A stretch of DNA of 64,000 bases from Anaerolineae bacterium (GTDB lineage Bacteria > Chloroflexota > Anaerolineae > B4-G1), in contig JBHIET010000008.1 in the NCBI GenBank assembly GCA_046760785.1, forward strand, positions 414-64,413, written 5' to 3'. The notes beneath the pieces were generated by a model. That model saw only the letters and a list, made by a program, of their open reading frames with translations. It was not told the DNA's origin and searched no databases. The translations under genes and the position numbers were made by a program. This document shows positions 18,243-28,270 of this stretch, piece by piece. Each line of letters opens with the position of its first letter. Position 1 is the stretch's first letter.

Positions 18243-19415
18243 ATGGATCTAGATGTAGTTGGCGAGCTGTTGGAGAAGAAGGCGGAAGTTCAGGGCTACC
18301 TGACCACTGACGACATCCTGGACCTACTACCAGAGGTCGAGGAAAGCCTGGAGCAACTTGAGGAGATCTTCATCTTGTTGCACGAGTCGGGAATCGAAGT
18401 ATACGACGACAATGTCGATGCGAATGCAGAGGAAGAAGGGCAAGCGATAGGTGTTAAGATCAAAGCATACGAGACGAACGGTGATGAAGGCTACGATTTG
18501 AGCGGGATATCCAGCAACGATACAGTAGGTTTGTATCTCAGAGAGATGGCCCGTGTGCCTCTTCTGACAACTGAAGAGGAGATTCGGCTGGCCAAGGCCC
18601 TCGAAGCAGGACGCAGGGCCCAAGAGATTCTGAACAACGACGGGGATGACCCAGAGAAGTGCACGGAGCTCGAGCGGCAGGTTGAGGAGGGACTGGCCGC
18701 CCGAGAGCATCTGATTAAGGCGAACACTCGCCTGGTGGTCAGTATCGCCAAGAGGTACATAGGGCGTGGTGTGCCATTTCTGGATCTGATCCAGGAGGGC
18801 AATCTGGGTCTGATGAAGGCTGTGGGGAAGTTTGACTACAGCCGTGGGTATCGCTTCAGCACCTATGCCACGTGGTGGATCCGTCAGACGATCACGCGGG
18901 CGATTGCTGACCAGGGGCGTACAATTCGTGTGCCGGTTCATATGTCGGATCGCATCCGGCGGCTCTATAATACGGCCCGACAGCTCGAGCAGGAGCAGGG
19001 TCGCCAGCCGACGCCGGAGGAGATCGCGGCTGAGATGGACATAGAACCACGTAAGGTGCAATGGATGCTCAGGGTCTCGTGGCGACCGATGAGCCTGGAA
19101 CGTCCAGTTGGCGAAGACGAGGACAGCGAACTGGGAAGCTTTATCGAGGATGAGACGACCCCTACGCCAACGCAGGGCGCTCATCAGCATCTGCTCGGAG
19201 AGAAGGTCGAACAGATGCTGTCCACGCTGAGTCCGCGTGAGGCGCGCATCCTGCGGCTCCGCTTTGGGCTCCTCCACGGGCGCAGTTACACACTTGAGGA
19301 AGTTGGCCAGAAGTTCGGGCTCACGCGGGAGCGCATCCGGCAGATTGAGGGCAAGGCACTGCGCCGGCTGCGCCACCCCCGCCGCAGCCGCCAGTTGCGG
19401 GATTACCTGGGGTAG
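18243..19415 (+). CDS. rpoD: Primary (group 1) RNA polymerase sigma factor
   Basis: Region 1.2 [12 protein letters not shown]. Region 2: [48 protein letters not shown]. Region 4: [25 protein letters not shown]. Confidence 0.9.
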   Translation: MDLDVVGELLEKKAEVQGYLTTDDILDLLPEVEESLEQLEEIFILLHESGIEVYDDNVDANAEEEGQAIGVKIKAYETNGDEGYDLSGISSNDTVGLYLREMARVPLLTTEEEIRLAKALEAGRRAQEILNNDGDDPEKCTELERQVEEGLAAREHLIKANTRLVVSIAKRYIGRGVPFLDLIQEGNLGLMKAVGKFDYSRGYRFSTYATWWIRQTITRAIADQGRTIRVPVHMSDRIRRLYNTARQLEQEQGRQPTPEEIAAEMDIEPRKVQWMLRVSWRPMSLERPVGEDEDSELGSFIEDETTPTPTQGAHQHLLGEKVEQMLSTLSPREARILRLRFGLLHGRSYTLEEVGQKFGLTRERIRQIEGKALRRLRHPRRSRQLRDYLG

Positions 19416-19541
19416 AGGGATGAACGTGGTGCTATATCGCTTAGTCATGACCATGATGATGTACAGCCTGCCGTGGCGGGTGGGAGGGGAGGTTCTCTGC
19501 CCGCGATAGGCCATTGCGCGCTCCGGCCTCACGGCAACACA

Positions 19542-19570
19542 CCGCCAGCCTCCGCTGGCGGTTTTCGTTT
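19542..19570 (+). terminator. Intrinsic terminator after rpoD
   Basis: CCGCCAGC-ctcc-GCTGGCGG followed by TTTTCGTTT. Confidence 0.6.
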
Positions 19571-19624
19571 GCTATCACTATGCCTTTGTGCCAGAACACA
19601 ATTTGCTATTTAAGGAGGAATACG

Positions 19625-21415
19625 ATGTCCAAACATATTCTCGTCGCTATCGCCTGGCCTTATGCCAGCTCCAAGATCCACACCGGAAACGTCACCGGCT
19701 CCCACCTTCCCGGAGACATCTGCGCCCGTTACCACCGCTTGGCCGGCGACCACGTGCTGATGGTCTCCGGCTCCGATTCCCACGGCACGCCCATCACCGT
19801 CGTCGCAGATAGAGAGAACAAGTCCCCCCGCGAGGTCTTCGAACACTTCCATCACGACTTCCTGAAACTGTTTCAGCGGTTAGGTATCAGCTATGACCTG
19901 TTCACGCACACGGATACAAAGAACCATCATCGCGTTGCTCAGGACTTCTTCCTCGCGCTGTTGGGGAAAGGCTATCTCTACAAACAGGTACAGGAGCAGA
20001 TGTACTCTGAGGCGCAGAAGCGCTTCCTGCCCGATCGCTACGTGGAAGGCACCTGCCCGGTGTGCGGATACGAGGCCGCGCGGGGTGACCAGTGTGACCA
20101 ATGTAACACGCTGCTGGACCCGAAGGAGCTGATCAACCCGCGCAGCAAGATTGACGGGAGCACGCCCGTCCTCCGCGAGACGGAGCACTTCTTCCTCGAT
20201 CTGCCCAAACTGGCTCAGGCAGGGTTGGCCGACTGGCTCCAGCAGGGCAAAGAACACTGGCGGCCTAACGTGATCAACTTCGCCCGCCGCTACGTAGGCG
20301 AGGGATTGCAGGGCAGGCCCATCACCCGCGACCTGACCTGGGGTATCCCGGTGCCCGTGCCCGGATGGGAAGACAAGTGCCTCTACGTCTGGTTCGAGGC
20401 GGTCATCGGCTACTTCTCCGCTAGCCGGGAGTGGGCACATAACCAGGGTCAGTCCGAGGCGTGGAAGGATTGGTGGTACGACCGGGGGGCCAAGACGCTC
20501 TACTTCATCGGCAAGGACAACATCCCCTTCCACGCCGTCATCTGGCCGGCGGAACTGATGGGGGTAGAGCGGCTCTACGAGGACGACTCGTCCAAGCGGC
20601 TCAACCTGCCCTATGACGTGCCAGCCAACGAGTTCATGAACCTGGAGGGACAGAAAATCTCCGGCAGCCACAACTGGGCCGTGTGGATGGACGAAGCGCT
20701 CGACCGGTACGACCCTGACGCCCTGCGCTACTACCTGACGGTGGCGATGCCGGAGACGCGGGATACCGACTGGCTGTGGGACGGCTTCGTGCGCCGCAAC
20801 AACGACGAACTGGTGGCCACCTGGGGCAACCTGGTCCACCGGGCACTGACGTTTGCCTACAAGCGCTTCGACGGGCAAGTGCCCGCGCAGGGGCCATTGG
20901 AGGACGTAGACGTTAACCTTCTAACCCAGATCAAGGCGGGCTTTGAGCCCATCGGCCAGTTGATCGCTGGCTGCAAGTTCCGTGCTGCGCTGGGCGAAGT
21001 GATGACGCTGGCGCGGGAGGCCAACCGCTACCTGGAGGAGAAAGGCCCCTGGTTTCAGATCAGAGAAGATCAAGAGGCTGCCGGCACGACCATCCACGTC
21101 GCGCTCAAGGCCATTGACTCGCTGAAGGTTCTCTTCGCCCCCTTCCTGCCCTTCTCGTCCGAGCGGTTGCATCAGTACCTGGGCTACGAAGGAACGCTGT
21201 TCGGGCGGTCGTACACGGCCACCTTTGAGGAAGAGGGTGGGCGGATCCACGAGGCGCTATGCTACGACAGCAGCCGCGCAACAGGTGAGTGGAAGCCGAG
21301 CCAGTTACCCCCAGGCCAACCGCTGCGCCGCCCCGAGCCGCTGTTCAGGAAACTGGACGAAAGCGTGATTGAGGAGGAGAGAGCCCGCATCGGCGCTGGA
21401 AGGTCACCTGTATAA
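19625..21415 (+). CDS. metG: Methionine--tRNA ligase
   Basis: ATG at 19625 follows AGGAGGAATACG. Features: AWPYASSKIHTGNV, zinc knuckle CPVCGY...CDQCNT, and a KISGS (KMSKS-type) loop. Confidence 0.9.
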   Translation: MSKHILVAIAWPYASSKIHTGNVTGSHLPGDICARYHRLAGDHVLMVSGSDSHGTPITVVADRENKSPREVFEHFHHDFLKLFQRLGISYDLFTHTDTKNHHRVAQDFFLALLGKGYLYKQVQEQMYSEAQKRFLPDRYVEGTCPVCGYEAARGDQCDQCNTLLDPKELINPRSKIDGSTPVLRETEHFFLDLPKLAQAGLADWLQQGKEHWRPNVINFARRYVGEGLQGRPITRDLTWGIPVPVPGWEDKCLYVWFEAVIGYFSASREWAHNQGQSEAWKDWWYDRGAKTLYFIGKDNIPFHAVIWPAELMGVERLYEDDSSKRLNLPYDVPANEFMNLEGQKISGSHNWAVWMDEALDRYDPDALRYYLTVAMPETRDTDWLWDGFVRRNNDELVATWGNLVHRALTFAYKRFDGQVPAQGPLEDVDVNLLTQIKAGFEPIGQLIAGCKFRAALGEVMTLAREANRYLEEKGPWFQIREDQEAAGTTIHVALKAIDSLKVLFAPFLPFSSERLHQYLGYEGTLFGRSYTATFEEEGGRIHEALCYDSSRATGEWKPSQLPPGQPLRRPEPLFRKLDESVIEEERARIGAGRSPV

Positions 21416-21434
21416 CACGATACCCTTTGGTAGT

Positions 21435-21574
21435 GCATTTCAATTTGGGGGCGAACCCTCCCGCAGGTTCTGATGGCACAGCGAATGCTCGCCTGGGGCG
21501 CTAAGCAGAGCTATATGGAACGAGAGTTACGTTGGCAACCTGCGGGAGGGTCTGTAGCCCCAGGACTGAAATGC
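21435..21574. repeat. ~140-nt element closed by a three-segment long inverted repeat (MITE or structured RNA candidate)
   Basis: Three arm pairs: GCATTTCA / TGAAATGC, TGGGGC / GCCCCA, and ACCCTCCCGCAGGTT (21455-69) / AACCTGCGGGAGGGT (21537-51). They flank a ~67-nt centre. Confidence 0.5.
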
Positions 21575-21594
21575 GCCCTAGTACAGAGGCGCTA

Positions 21595-21623
21595 TTGACA
21601 CGAGTGCTGGCTTGGGTTAGAAT
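21595..21623 (+). promoter_or_regulatory. Sigma70-type promoter of the lipoprotein gene
   Basis: TTGACA (21595-600), 17-nt spacer, TAGAAT (21618-23). Confidence 0.6.
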
Positions 21624-21681
21624 AGTTGGCAGGTAGGAACATCCGTTGACGAGCAGCGACCAAAAGAAAAGGAGAACGAAC

Positions 21682-22386
21682 ATGAACAAGCGAACCCGGA
21701 GAGTCATAGGCGTATCCGTCCTGCTGATGGTAACAGCACTGGCGTGCACCTGCAATATTCCCTTCCTGCCGGGAACAGAGACGCCGCCTCCCCCTCCACC
21801 TTCGGCAGAGACACCACCTCCACCCCCACCCAGCGCTCTTTTCCAGGACGATTTCAGCGACATGGGCTCCGGCTGGGAGGTGGGGGACTATGAGGGTGGC
21901 AGCGTGGGCTACAAGGATGGCGCCTACTCTGTAAGAAGTGAGGAAGACGGCAGTGTGATGTGGGGCGTGGCTAACCGCTCTTTCGACGATCTCGTCATCG
22001 AGGTGGACGCCACCCAGATCTCAGCTCCGGCCAACAACAACAATGCCTACGGTGTGAAATGCCGCGAACAATCAGATGGCGATGGGTACGGATTGATGGT
22101 CAGTGGTGATGGGTACTACTCCATTCAAATAGTGGTGGATGGAGATTGGGAACCGCTGGTGGACTGGACCACGTCAGACGTCATCCAGCAAGGAAATGCT
22201 GCCAACCACATTCGGGCGGTGTGTGACGGGTCCAAGTTGGTGCTATTTGTCAACGGCCAGTTGCTGGCCGATACGACGGACAATACCTATACTGAAGGAG
22301 ATATCGCCCTGGCGGCAAGTACGCTGGAGGACGAGCCCACAGAAGTCCACTTCGACAACCTTGTGGTGCATAAGCCGCAGCGGTGA
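21682..22386 (+). CDS. Secreted lipoprotein with Pro-rich linker and LamG/DUF1080-like jelly-roll domain
   Basis: The signal plus lipobox reads MNKRTRRVIGVSVLLMVTALAC. This is followed by two ETPPPPPPS repeats and then FQDDFSD..GW..GYKDGAY. The domain call is tentative. Confidence 0.6.
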   Translation: MNKRTRRVIGVSVLLMVTALACTCNIPFLPGTETPPPPPPSAETPPPPPPSALFQDDFSDMGSGWEVGDYEGGSVGYKDGAYSVRSEEDGSVMWGVANRSFDDLVIEVDATQISAPANNNNAYGVKCREQSDGDGYGLMVSGDGYYSIQIVVDGDWEPLVDWTTSDVIQQGNAANHIRAVCDGSKLVLFVNGQLLADTTDNTYTEGDIALAASTLEDEPTEVHFDNLVVHKPQR

Positions 22387-22406
22387 GGCTCTTTGCCCCG
22401 TATGGC

Positions 22407-22435
22407 GACCCTCTCGTCGAGAGAGGGTCTTTTTT
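22407..22435 (+). terminator. Intrinsic terminator after the lipoprotein gene
   Basis: GACCCTCTC-gtcga-GAGAGGGTC followed by TTTTTT. Confidence 0.7.
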
Positions 22436-22503
22436 GTGTTGGGGGAGGCTCTTTCGCAATTCAGGCAAAGCGGGAATCTACGCTTGCTTATCCCCCTCTT
22501 CCC

Positions 22504-22567
22504 CCCTCCCTTTCTCCCCAGTTCCCTCCCTCGCTTGCGGGGGAGGGAACTGGGGAGAAAGGGAGGG
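22504..22567. repeat. Perfect 27-bp inverted repeat (REP-like hairpin)
   Basis: CCCTCCCTTTCTCCCCAGTTCCCTCCC (22504-30), 10-nt spacer, GGGAGGGAACTGGGGAGAAAGGGAGGG (22541-67). Confidence 0.85.
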
Positions 22568-22603
22568 GGTCTGGGGAGTTGGAGCAAACGTTGCGCGTAG
22601 GGC

Positions 22604-22632
22604 TTGGAAAGTAGGTTGAGTGATGGTACAAT
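22604..22632 (+). promoter_or_regulatory. Candidate promoter of gmk
   Basis: TTGGAA, 17-nt spacer, TGgTACAAT. Confidence 0.5.
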
Positions 22633-22674
22633 ACAACCTAAAATATATCAACGCACTGCCAGTAGGAGTGACCA

Positions 22675-23295
22675 GTGAGAGAACACTCACCCTATCAATT
22701 TGGGCGCCCGCCGCTGCTCATCGTCATCTCTGGCCCGGCGGGCGTAGGAAAAGATACCCTGCTCCGGCGCGCGAAGAAGCGCGGCTGTCCATTCCACTTC
22801 GTCGTCACCGTCACCGACCGCCCGCCGCGTCCGGGTGAGGTTCACGGCGTGCACTACTTCTTCGTCACCACCGAGGAATTCACCCGCATGATCGAACAAG
22901 ACGAACTGCTGGAGCACGCTGTCGTCTATGGACAGCACAAGGGCATCCCCAAGCAGCAGGTGCGCGAGGCACTGGTCAGTGGCAAGGATGTCATGATGCG
23001 CATTGACGTGCAAGGCGCGGCCACCGTCCGACGACTGGCGCCGGAGGCCGTATTGATCTTTCTGATCGCCTCTTCAGATGAGGAACTGGAACAGCGGTTG
23101 CGCAAAAGGAGAGGCGATTCACCCGAACAGCTCCAGAAGCGCATCGCTACCGCCCGCGAGGAAATGAAGCGACTGCCTGAGTTCGACTACGTCGTCGTCA
23201 ACCGCGACGGGGAGCTGGACCGGGCGGTGGACGACGTGCTCGCGATTATCCAGGCCGAGCACTGCCGCGTCAAACCACGCGTGGTGAGGCTATGA
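22675..23295 (+). CDS. gmk: Guanylate kinase
   Basis: P-loop [11 protein letters not shown], then [18 protein letters not shown]. The start (GTG 22675) is uncertain. Confidence 0.85.
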   Translation: MREHSPYQFGRPPLLIVISGPAGVGKDTLLRRAKKRGCPFHFVVTVTDRPPRPGEVHGVHYFFVTTEEFTRMIEQDELLEHAVVYGQHKGIPKQQVREALVSGKDVMMRIDVQGAATVRRLAPEAVLIFLIASSDEELEQRLRKRRGDSPEQLQKRIATAREEMKRLPEFDYVVVNRDGELDRAVDDVLAIIQAEHCRVKPRVVRL

Positions 23296-23501
23296 GCAAG
23301 CAAATCTCCCTTGAGGTGTACGTCGGTGACAAAGTGCGCATGCGCAAACCTCACCCCTGTGGAGGGTACGAATGGGAGGTGACCCGAACTGGTGCCGACA
23401 TCGGCCTGTGCTGCTTGACCTGCGGCCGGCGCGTTATGCTCCCGCGCAGCAAGTTTGAGAAGCGAGTTAGGCAAATTATTCGTATCGACTATCTCTCCTG
23501 A
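23292..23501 (+). CDS. DUF951 family small protein
   Basis: [34 protein letters not shown]. There is a 4-nt overlap with gmk. Confidence 0.7.
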   Translation: MSKQISLEVYVGDKVRMRKPHPCGGYEWEVTRTGADIGLCCLTCGRRVMLPRSKFEKRVRQIIRIDYLS

Positions 23502-23655
23502 TCCTTATTATTAGAATGTAATTGCCGGCGCGGTCGATAGCTGACTAGAGGCGCACCGCGTAGGTTGCGATGGGGCGCGGAGTGTGTTATCCTGGTCTTG
23601 GTGAGAGACGGGAACGCACTGGGGGCCGGAGCGTCCGGGCGAGCCGACGCCGCCT

Positions 23656-24242
23656 ATGGGAAGGCTTCACCTACCAAGCCCGTGGTCGTTATTTGGCTCC
23701 CCGTCGGACATCTCATCTCAACAAGCCATCGAACGGTACATCGCTATCGACGCTCACAAACAGTACGTCGTCGTGGGCGGTCTCAATGCTCACATGGAGA
23801 TCGTCCTGCCCCTGCGCAGAGTGGACATCAGTCGTTTCTCGGAGTGGGCGCAGAAGCACCTCAGGCTCACCGATGCCGTGGTCATCGAGGCCACTGTCAA
23901 CACCTGGACCCTCTACGACATCATCGCGCCGCTGGTAGGTAGGGCCGTCGTGGCCAATGCCTACCAGGTCAAACTCATCGCCGCCGCCAGGGTCAAGACC
24001 GACAAGCACGACGTCTGGTCCCTGGCCCGCCTCCTCGTCGCCGATCTGATTCCCGAGGTCTGGGTGCCGCCGGTCCACGTCCGCGAACTCCGCGCTCTCA
24101 TCTCTCACCGTCGCCGCCTGATCCAGATCCGCACGCGGGCGCGAAATCGGCTGCACAGCCTGACCCACCGCCACAATCTCATCCCACCCACAGGCAGTCT
24201 CTTCGCTCCCAAACATCGCGATTGGTGGCTCTCCCAGGATCT
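23656..24242 (+). pseudogene. IS110-family (DEDD) transposase, N-terminal half only
   Basis: IAIDAHKQYVVV, VVIEATVNTW, VKTDKHDVWSLARLL and ELRALISHRRRL. The reading frame is cut at 24243 by the IS1-like element, and no C-terminal half follows it. Confidence 0.75.
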
Positions 24243-25114
24243 GGTAGTGTCCCTTAATCGTGTTGGTGGTATAATGCCCCCACACTAGAGGTTCAGGGGG
24301 TGGAAATGGAACATCCACGGTTGGTTTCGGCTGGTTCCTTCTGCTGGAACCCGGATTGCCCGGATTACGGTAAGGTTGATTATGGCAATATCATCAAGTT
24401 CGGTCGAACGAACAAAGGCACACAGCGGTACCAGTGTAAGACGTGTGGCAAGACACACGTAGAGACCAAGGGCACAGTCTTCTATGGCCGTCATCACTCG
24501 CAAGAGACCATTCTGGAGTGCTTGGCCTGGTTAGCCGAGCGGAACAGCCTTGGCAGCCATTCATCGGGTGAAAGGGATCAAGGAGGATACGGTGCTGGCC
24601 TGGCTGAGGGAAGCAGCCAAGCACGTTGAGGCGATCGAGGTACTGCTGTTGGCCAATTACCACCTGACGCGCGTGCAGCTCGATGCCTTGTGGACCTACG
24701 TAGGGCACAAGGGCGAAAAGGGGGGCGTCCTGAAGAAGATGAACGCGGCACCTTCTGGAAGGTGATCTATGGTGACCCGGAGGAAGTGCTTGACTCACTG
24801 GGTGGACACACAGCCTATGTCGAGCGCACGAACCTGACAAGCCGCCAGATGAATGGTCGGTTGGTCAGGAAGACACTTTCCTTACTCCAAGGAGCTGGAG
24901 ATGCTCGAAGCCTCCTGCGCTTGGGAAGACTGGGTCTACAACCTGACACGCCCTGTCAAGACACTCCGAGTTGAGGTCAACGACGGGCAGTGCCGATGGC
25001 AGCCTCGTTCACCAGCTATGGCTGCTGGCTTGACGGATCATGTCTGGACTGTTAAAGAGCTGCTAATGACAGTTGTGGCTCCTGATGCCACCAACACAGA
25101 ATAGGGAGACTACC
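24243..25114 (+). mobile_element. Decayed IS1-family-like insertion sequence (872 bp) with 27-bp imperfect terminal inverted repeats
   Basis: IRL is GGTAGTGTCCCTTAATCGTGTTGGTGG (24243-69). IRR (25088-25114) reverse-complements to GGTAGTCTCCCTATTCTGTGTTGGTGG, a 21/27 match. An InsA-like zinc finger (CPDYG..QRYQCKTCGKT), an [13 protein letters not shown] and [19 protein letters not shown] are spread over frames 3,1,3,1. The central catalytic part appears deleted. Confidence 0.7.
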
Positions 25115-25186
25115 CACTGTTACTCCCTCACTAACTCCCAATCAACTCACCGGTCTGCCATTCTCCAACGTACTCCTCTCGAGTTC

Positions 25187-28075
25187 CTACAGCCCCTCCT
25201 TAGCAACCAGCTCGCGCCCCAGGTCGATTAGCTCCTGCACGGTAGTGATGAACCCCTGGGCGGCCTCAACGCTGGGCGGCGGGGCTTCCTCGTCCTCGGC
25301 GGGTGGGGCGGTGAGGGCGCGGGCGCGGTCCACGCGGGCGGCCAGGTCGGTGGGAACGCGGCCGGGGGCGACCAGTTCCGCCTCCACCAGGCGCGGGGAG
25401 GGTAGTTTTTCGTCAGGCGCTTTGTCCTTAACCAGCGAGATATGCGCGCTCAGCGCCCACCCCAACGCCTGACGCACGGGGCGCATCACCTCCTCCGGGA
25501 AGCCGCCCTCTAGCACGACGGACGCCAATTTGAGTCGCTTGTCGGCGGTATCGAAGCCTTTGTTGGCGCGGCGCAGTTTCTTTTCCAACGCTTTCCGCGC
25601 GTCGTCGCGGGCTGGAGCAGGGATGGCCGGGGCCTGGTAGACGGTGGCCGGTTCGGCCGTCTGCTCCATCACCCCGCCGGTAAGGGCAGCGAGTGCCCGA
25701 TAGCCCTCCTGCTCCATCAGTAAGAGACCTGGCGCGGGGAAGTCGCCGTAGTGTTCGTTCAGCAGCGCTTCGACCTTGGGGCGTAGCTTGGCCGGTTCGC
25801 GATCCACGACGACGATGATGTTCCCGTCTGCAGGAGCGGTGGGAAGTTGCGGAGCCTCCCTGACCAGAAGAACACGGCCCGGATAGCGACCCACCAGCAG
25901 GTCGGCGAAGCCCTGCAGCGTCGGCATAGGCGGGGGGACGGCTTCCGGCTCTGCCTCCGGCGGGACGGCGGTCGGTTCGAGCACCAACTCCGGCCTGATC
26001 GCTTCCCGCGCACCCAACATCACCTCGAGCCGCTGCAAGACGCCCTGTCCCGCGTCCTTGAATGAGAGGTCGGTGACGTCGCTATCCTCGTTGAGCGCTG
26101 CGTCGAAGATGGCCCGCTTGGCGGCCAGGGTGTCGAGCATGCGCTCCTCAATGGTGCCTTTAGCGATCAGGTTGACGACGTTGACGGGACGCGGCTGGCC
26201 GTGACGATGCGCGCGGGCGATGCGCTGGCCGAGTACTGCCGGGTTCCACGGCAGGTCGAGGTTGACGACCATGCTGGCCGCTTGCAGGTTCAGTCCCACG
26301 CCGCCAGCATCGGTGGAGAGAAACACCTTGCATTGGGGGTCTTCAAAGAATTGCTCGATGAGCGCGCCGCGCTTCTTGGTGGGCACAGCGCCGCTCAGCT
26401 TGACCCAGCCCAGCTTGAGTTTTTCCAGCATCGGTTCGGTCAGGTCGAGCATGCGCGTCCACTGACTGAAGAGGATCGCTTTGTGGCCGTTGCTGGCGAC
26501 CTCCTCGTCGAGAATCTCGCGCAGTTCACGCAGCTTGGGGGCGGTCTTCTCCCGATCTTGGGGTTTAATCTCCGGATCGTGGAGCGCCAGGGCGTTGCAG
26601 ATCAGGCGCATCTTGACCAGGCATCCCAGGAGAATCTGGTGTTCCTCCGGTGAGAGGGGACGTCGGCGGGCCTGGGCCATCAACTTGGCGACCCGATGCT
26701 CGTACTCACCGTAGGCCTTCCACTGGGGATCGGTCATCTCGACGAAGAAGTTGCTGTCAATCCGCTCCGGCAGGTCGAGCAGCACCTCCTCGCGCACGCG
26801 GCGCAGGACGTAGGGCGCGATGCGGTGGCGTAGCTCATCCAGGTTCTTGTAGCCCAGCACTTTGTAGGAACCGGAGGGCCGCCGTTCGGTCTCGTAGTAA
26901 CGTTGATTGAAACGCCACAACGGGCCGAGGATGGTGGGATCAATGAACTGGAAGATCGAGTAGAGTTCGTCCAGCCGGTTTTCCAGCGGGGTGCCGGTCA
27001 GGACGAAGGCATAAGGGCTGCGCAATCGCTTGACCTTATCGGCGGTTTTCGTGCGCCAGTTCTTGATTCTCTGGGCCTCGTCGAGGATCACCAAGTCGAA
27101 CTCGCGCTTGGTGATCTCTTCTTCGTCGAAGCGCACCAGTTCGTAGTTGATGATGTTGAAGAACTGGGGGTCTCGGTAAAGCTGACGACGCTGAATCGGA
27201 TTCCCCTCAATGACCTGGACAGACAATGACGTGAAGCGCTGGATCTCCCGTGCCCACTGGTGCTTGAGCGAGGCAGGGGTGACGACCAACACGTGTTGAA
27301 TGTCGCGCAGTTGTTTGAGCAGGGTGGCGGCAGCGATGGCTTGGATGGTCTTGCCGAGGCCCATGTCGTCGGCCAGCAACGCACGCCGGCCGAAGGTCAG
27401 GTGGAGCACCCCCTCCTCCTGGTAGCCGTAGAGCGGCGTCGAGAGGACGCTGAGCGAGCGGTTGCCCTGTTCCACCTGGTCAAGGAACCACTGCTTCTGC
27501 TGTTGAACCGCCTCGATGTCCTGTTGGTTCTTCAGGTAGTCGTGTACCGCCTGATCCACGTGAATTTGATCGCGGTCGCGTTTGGGCAACCGATTCAGTT
27601 CGCTGAGAAACGCGGGCAGGCTCTGAGTGACCTTGCCCTGTAAGACCCCCTCGGCGTCGAAGTAACGGGTCAGCAGTGTGTGCAGTCGCTTGCGCTCCGG
27701 GAAGGGCAGGGTGACGCGGACGGTAGTACGCTCGGCGTGGTGGACGTACATCTGGGCGATGGGCGGAGCCTGGGCGACGAATTCATCCCACTGGTCGGCG
27801 AACTCCTCCCCCAGGTTCGCCAGCACACCTTCGATGTGCTTGCACGTACCGATGGTGTTGGTGCGGTAATCGGGGCAGGTGCAGGTGTTGAGCCGCTCGG
27901 TGAGTGAGCGGACCTGAACGGTGTAGACTCGCTCGGACGTGGATGTGACTTCAAAGGTGCTATAGACCGGGTGTCGGCCCTGGTTGACGATTTTGGCAAG
28001 TTCCTCTAAGCCGCGCCTGCGGCGGCGCTCGATCTGCTCTTGGAGCATATCGGTTTGTTGTTGGGTCTTGTTCAC
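25187..28075 (-). CDS. SWIM zinc-finger SNF2-family ATPase/helicase
   Basis: GTG at 28075 lies 6 nt after AGGAGG. SWIM motif CTCPDYRTNTIGTCKH. SNF2 motifs LADDMGLGKTIQ, DEAQRIKN, LTGTPLENR, FSQW and QRIARAHRHGQ. A ~290-aa C-terminal extension has no family I recognise. Confidence 0.85.
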   Translation of the reverse strand: MNKTQQQTDMLQEQIERRRRRGLEELAKIVNQGRHPVYSTFEVTSTSERVYTVQVRSLTERLNTCTCPDYRTNTIGTCKHIEGVLANLGEEFADQWDEFVAQAPPIAQMYVHHAERTTVRVTLPFPERKRLHTLLTRYFDAEGVLQGKVTQSLPAFLSELNRLPKRDRDQIHVDQAVHDYLKNQQDIEAVQQQKQWFLDQVEQGNRSLSVLSTPLYGYQEEGVLHLTFGRRALLADDMGLGKTIQAIAAATLLKQLRDIQHVLVVTPASLKHQWAREIQRFTSLSVQVIEGNPIQRRQLYRDPQFFNIINYELVRFDEEEITKREFDLVILDEAQRIKNWRTKTADKVKRLRSPYAFVLTGTPLENRLDELYSIFQFIDPTILGPLWRFNQRYYETERRPSGSYKVLGYKNLDELRHRIAPYVLRRVREEVLLDLPERIDSNFFVEMTDPQWKAYGEYEHRVAKLMAQARRRPLSPEEHQILLGCLVKMRLICNALALHDPEIKPQDREKTAPKLRELREILDEEVASNGHKAILFSQWTRMLDLTEPMLEKLKLGWVKLSGAVPTKKRGALIEQFFEDPQCKVFLSTDAGGVGLNLQAASMVVNLDLPWNPAVLGQRIARAHRHGQPRPVNVVNLIAKGTIEERMLDTLAAKRAIFDAALNEDSDVTDLSFKDAGQGVLQRLEVMLGAREAIRPELVLEPTAVPPEAEPEAVPPPMPTLQGFADLLVGRYPGRVLLVREAPQLPTAPADGNIIVVVDREPAKLRPKVEALLNEHYGDFPAPGLLLMEQEGYRALAALTGGVMEQTAEPATVYQAPAIPAPARDDARKALEKKLRRANKGFDTADKRLKLASVVLEGGFPEEVMRPVRQALGWALSAHISLVKDKAPDEKLPSPRLVEAELVAPGRVPTDLAARVDRARALTAPPAEDEEAPPPSVEAAQGFITTVQELIDLGRELVAKEGL

Positions 28076-28136
28076 TTGGTTCCTCCTGAATATCACGAGG
28101 TCTGCTGGAATCCCTGTTCCGTAAATCAGTGCCGTA

Positions 28137-28165
28137 ATGATAGCACAGTATTTGCAAATCATCAA
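28137..28165 (-). promoter_or_regulatory. Candidate own promoter of the SNF2 gene
   Basis: On the minus strand: TTGATG, 17-nt spacer, TGcTATCAT, within the 195-nt gap after the type IIG gene. Confidence 0.55.
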
Positions 28166-28270
28166 ACAGATGAGGACATGTTTCGTGCGTCCACGGGCGT
28201 GCGGGGAGCAGGGCTTCGTGGCCACACCTGGGGGGCCGATTCCCTCAAATCTGTATCTCTGAGTTTCGTT

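Noticed and set aside
25158-25170. The 13-mer GCCATTCTCCAAC is shared between the region right of the IS1-like element and the left end of the IS4/IS5-type element (39917-39929). It looked like a possible common IS end or solo remnant.
   Set aside because: With 64 kb compared on both strands, tens of exact 13-mer matches are expected by chance. The flanking sequence does not extend the similarity convincingly.
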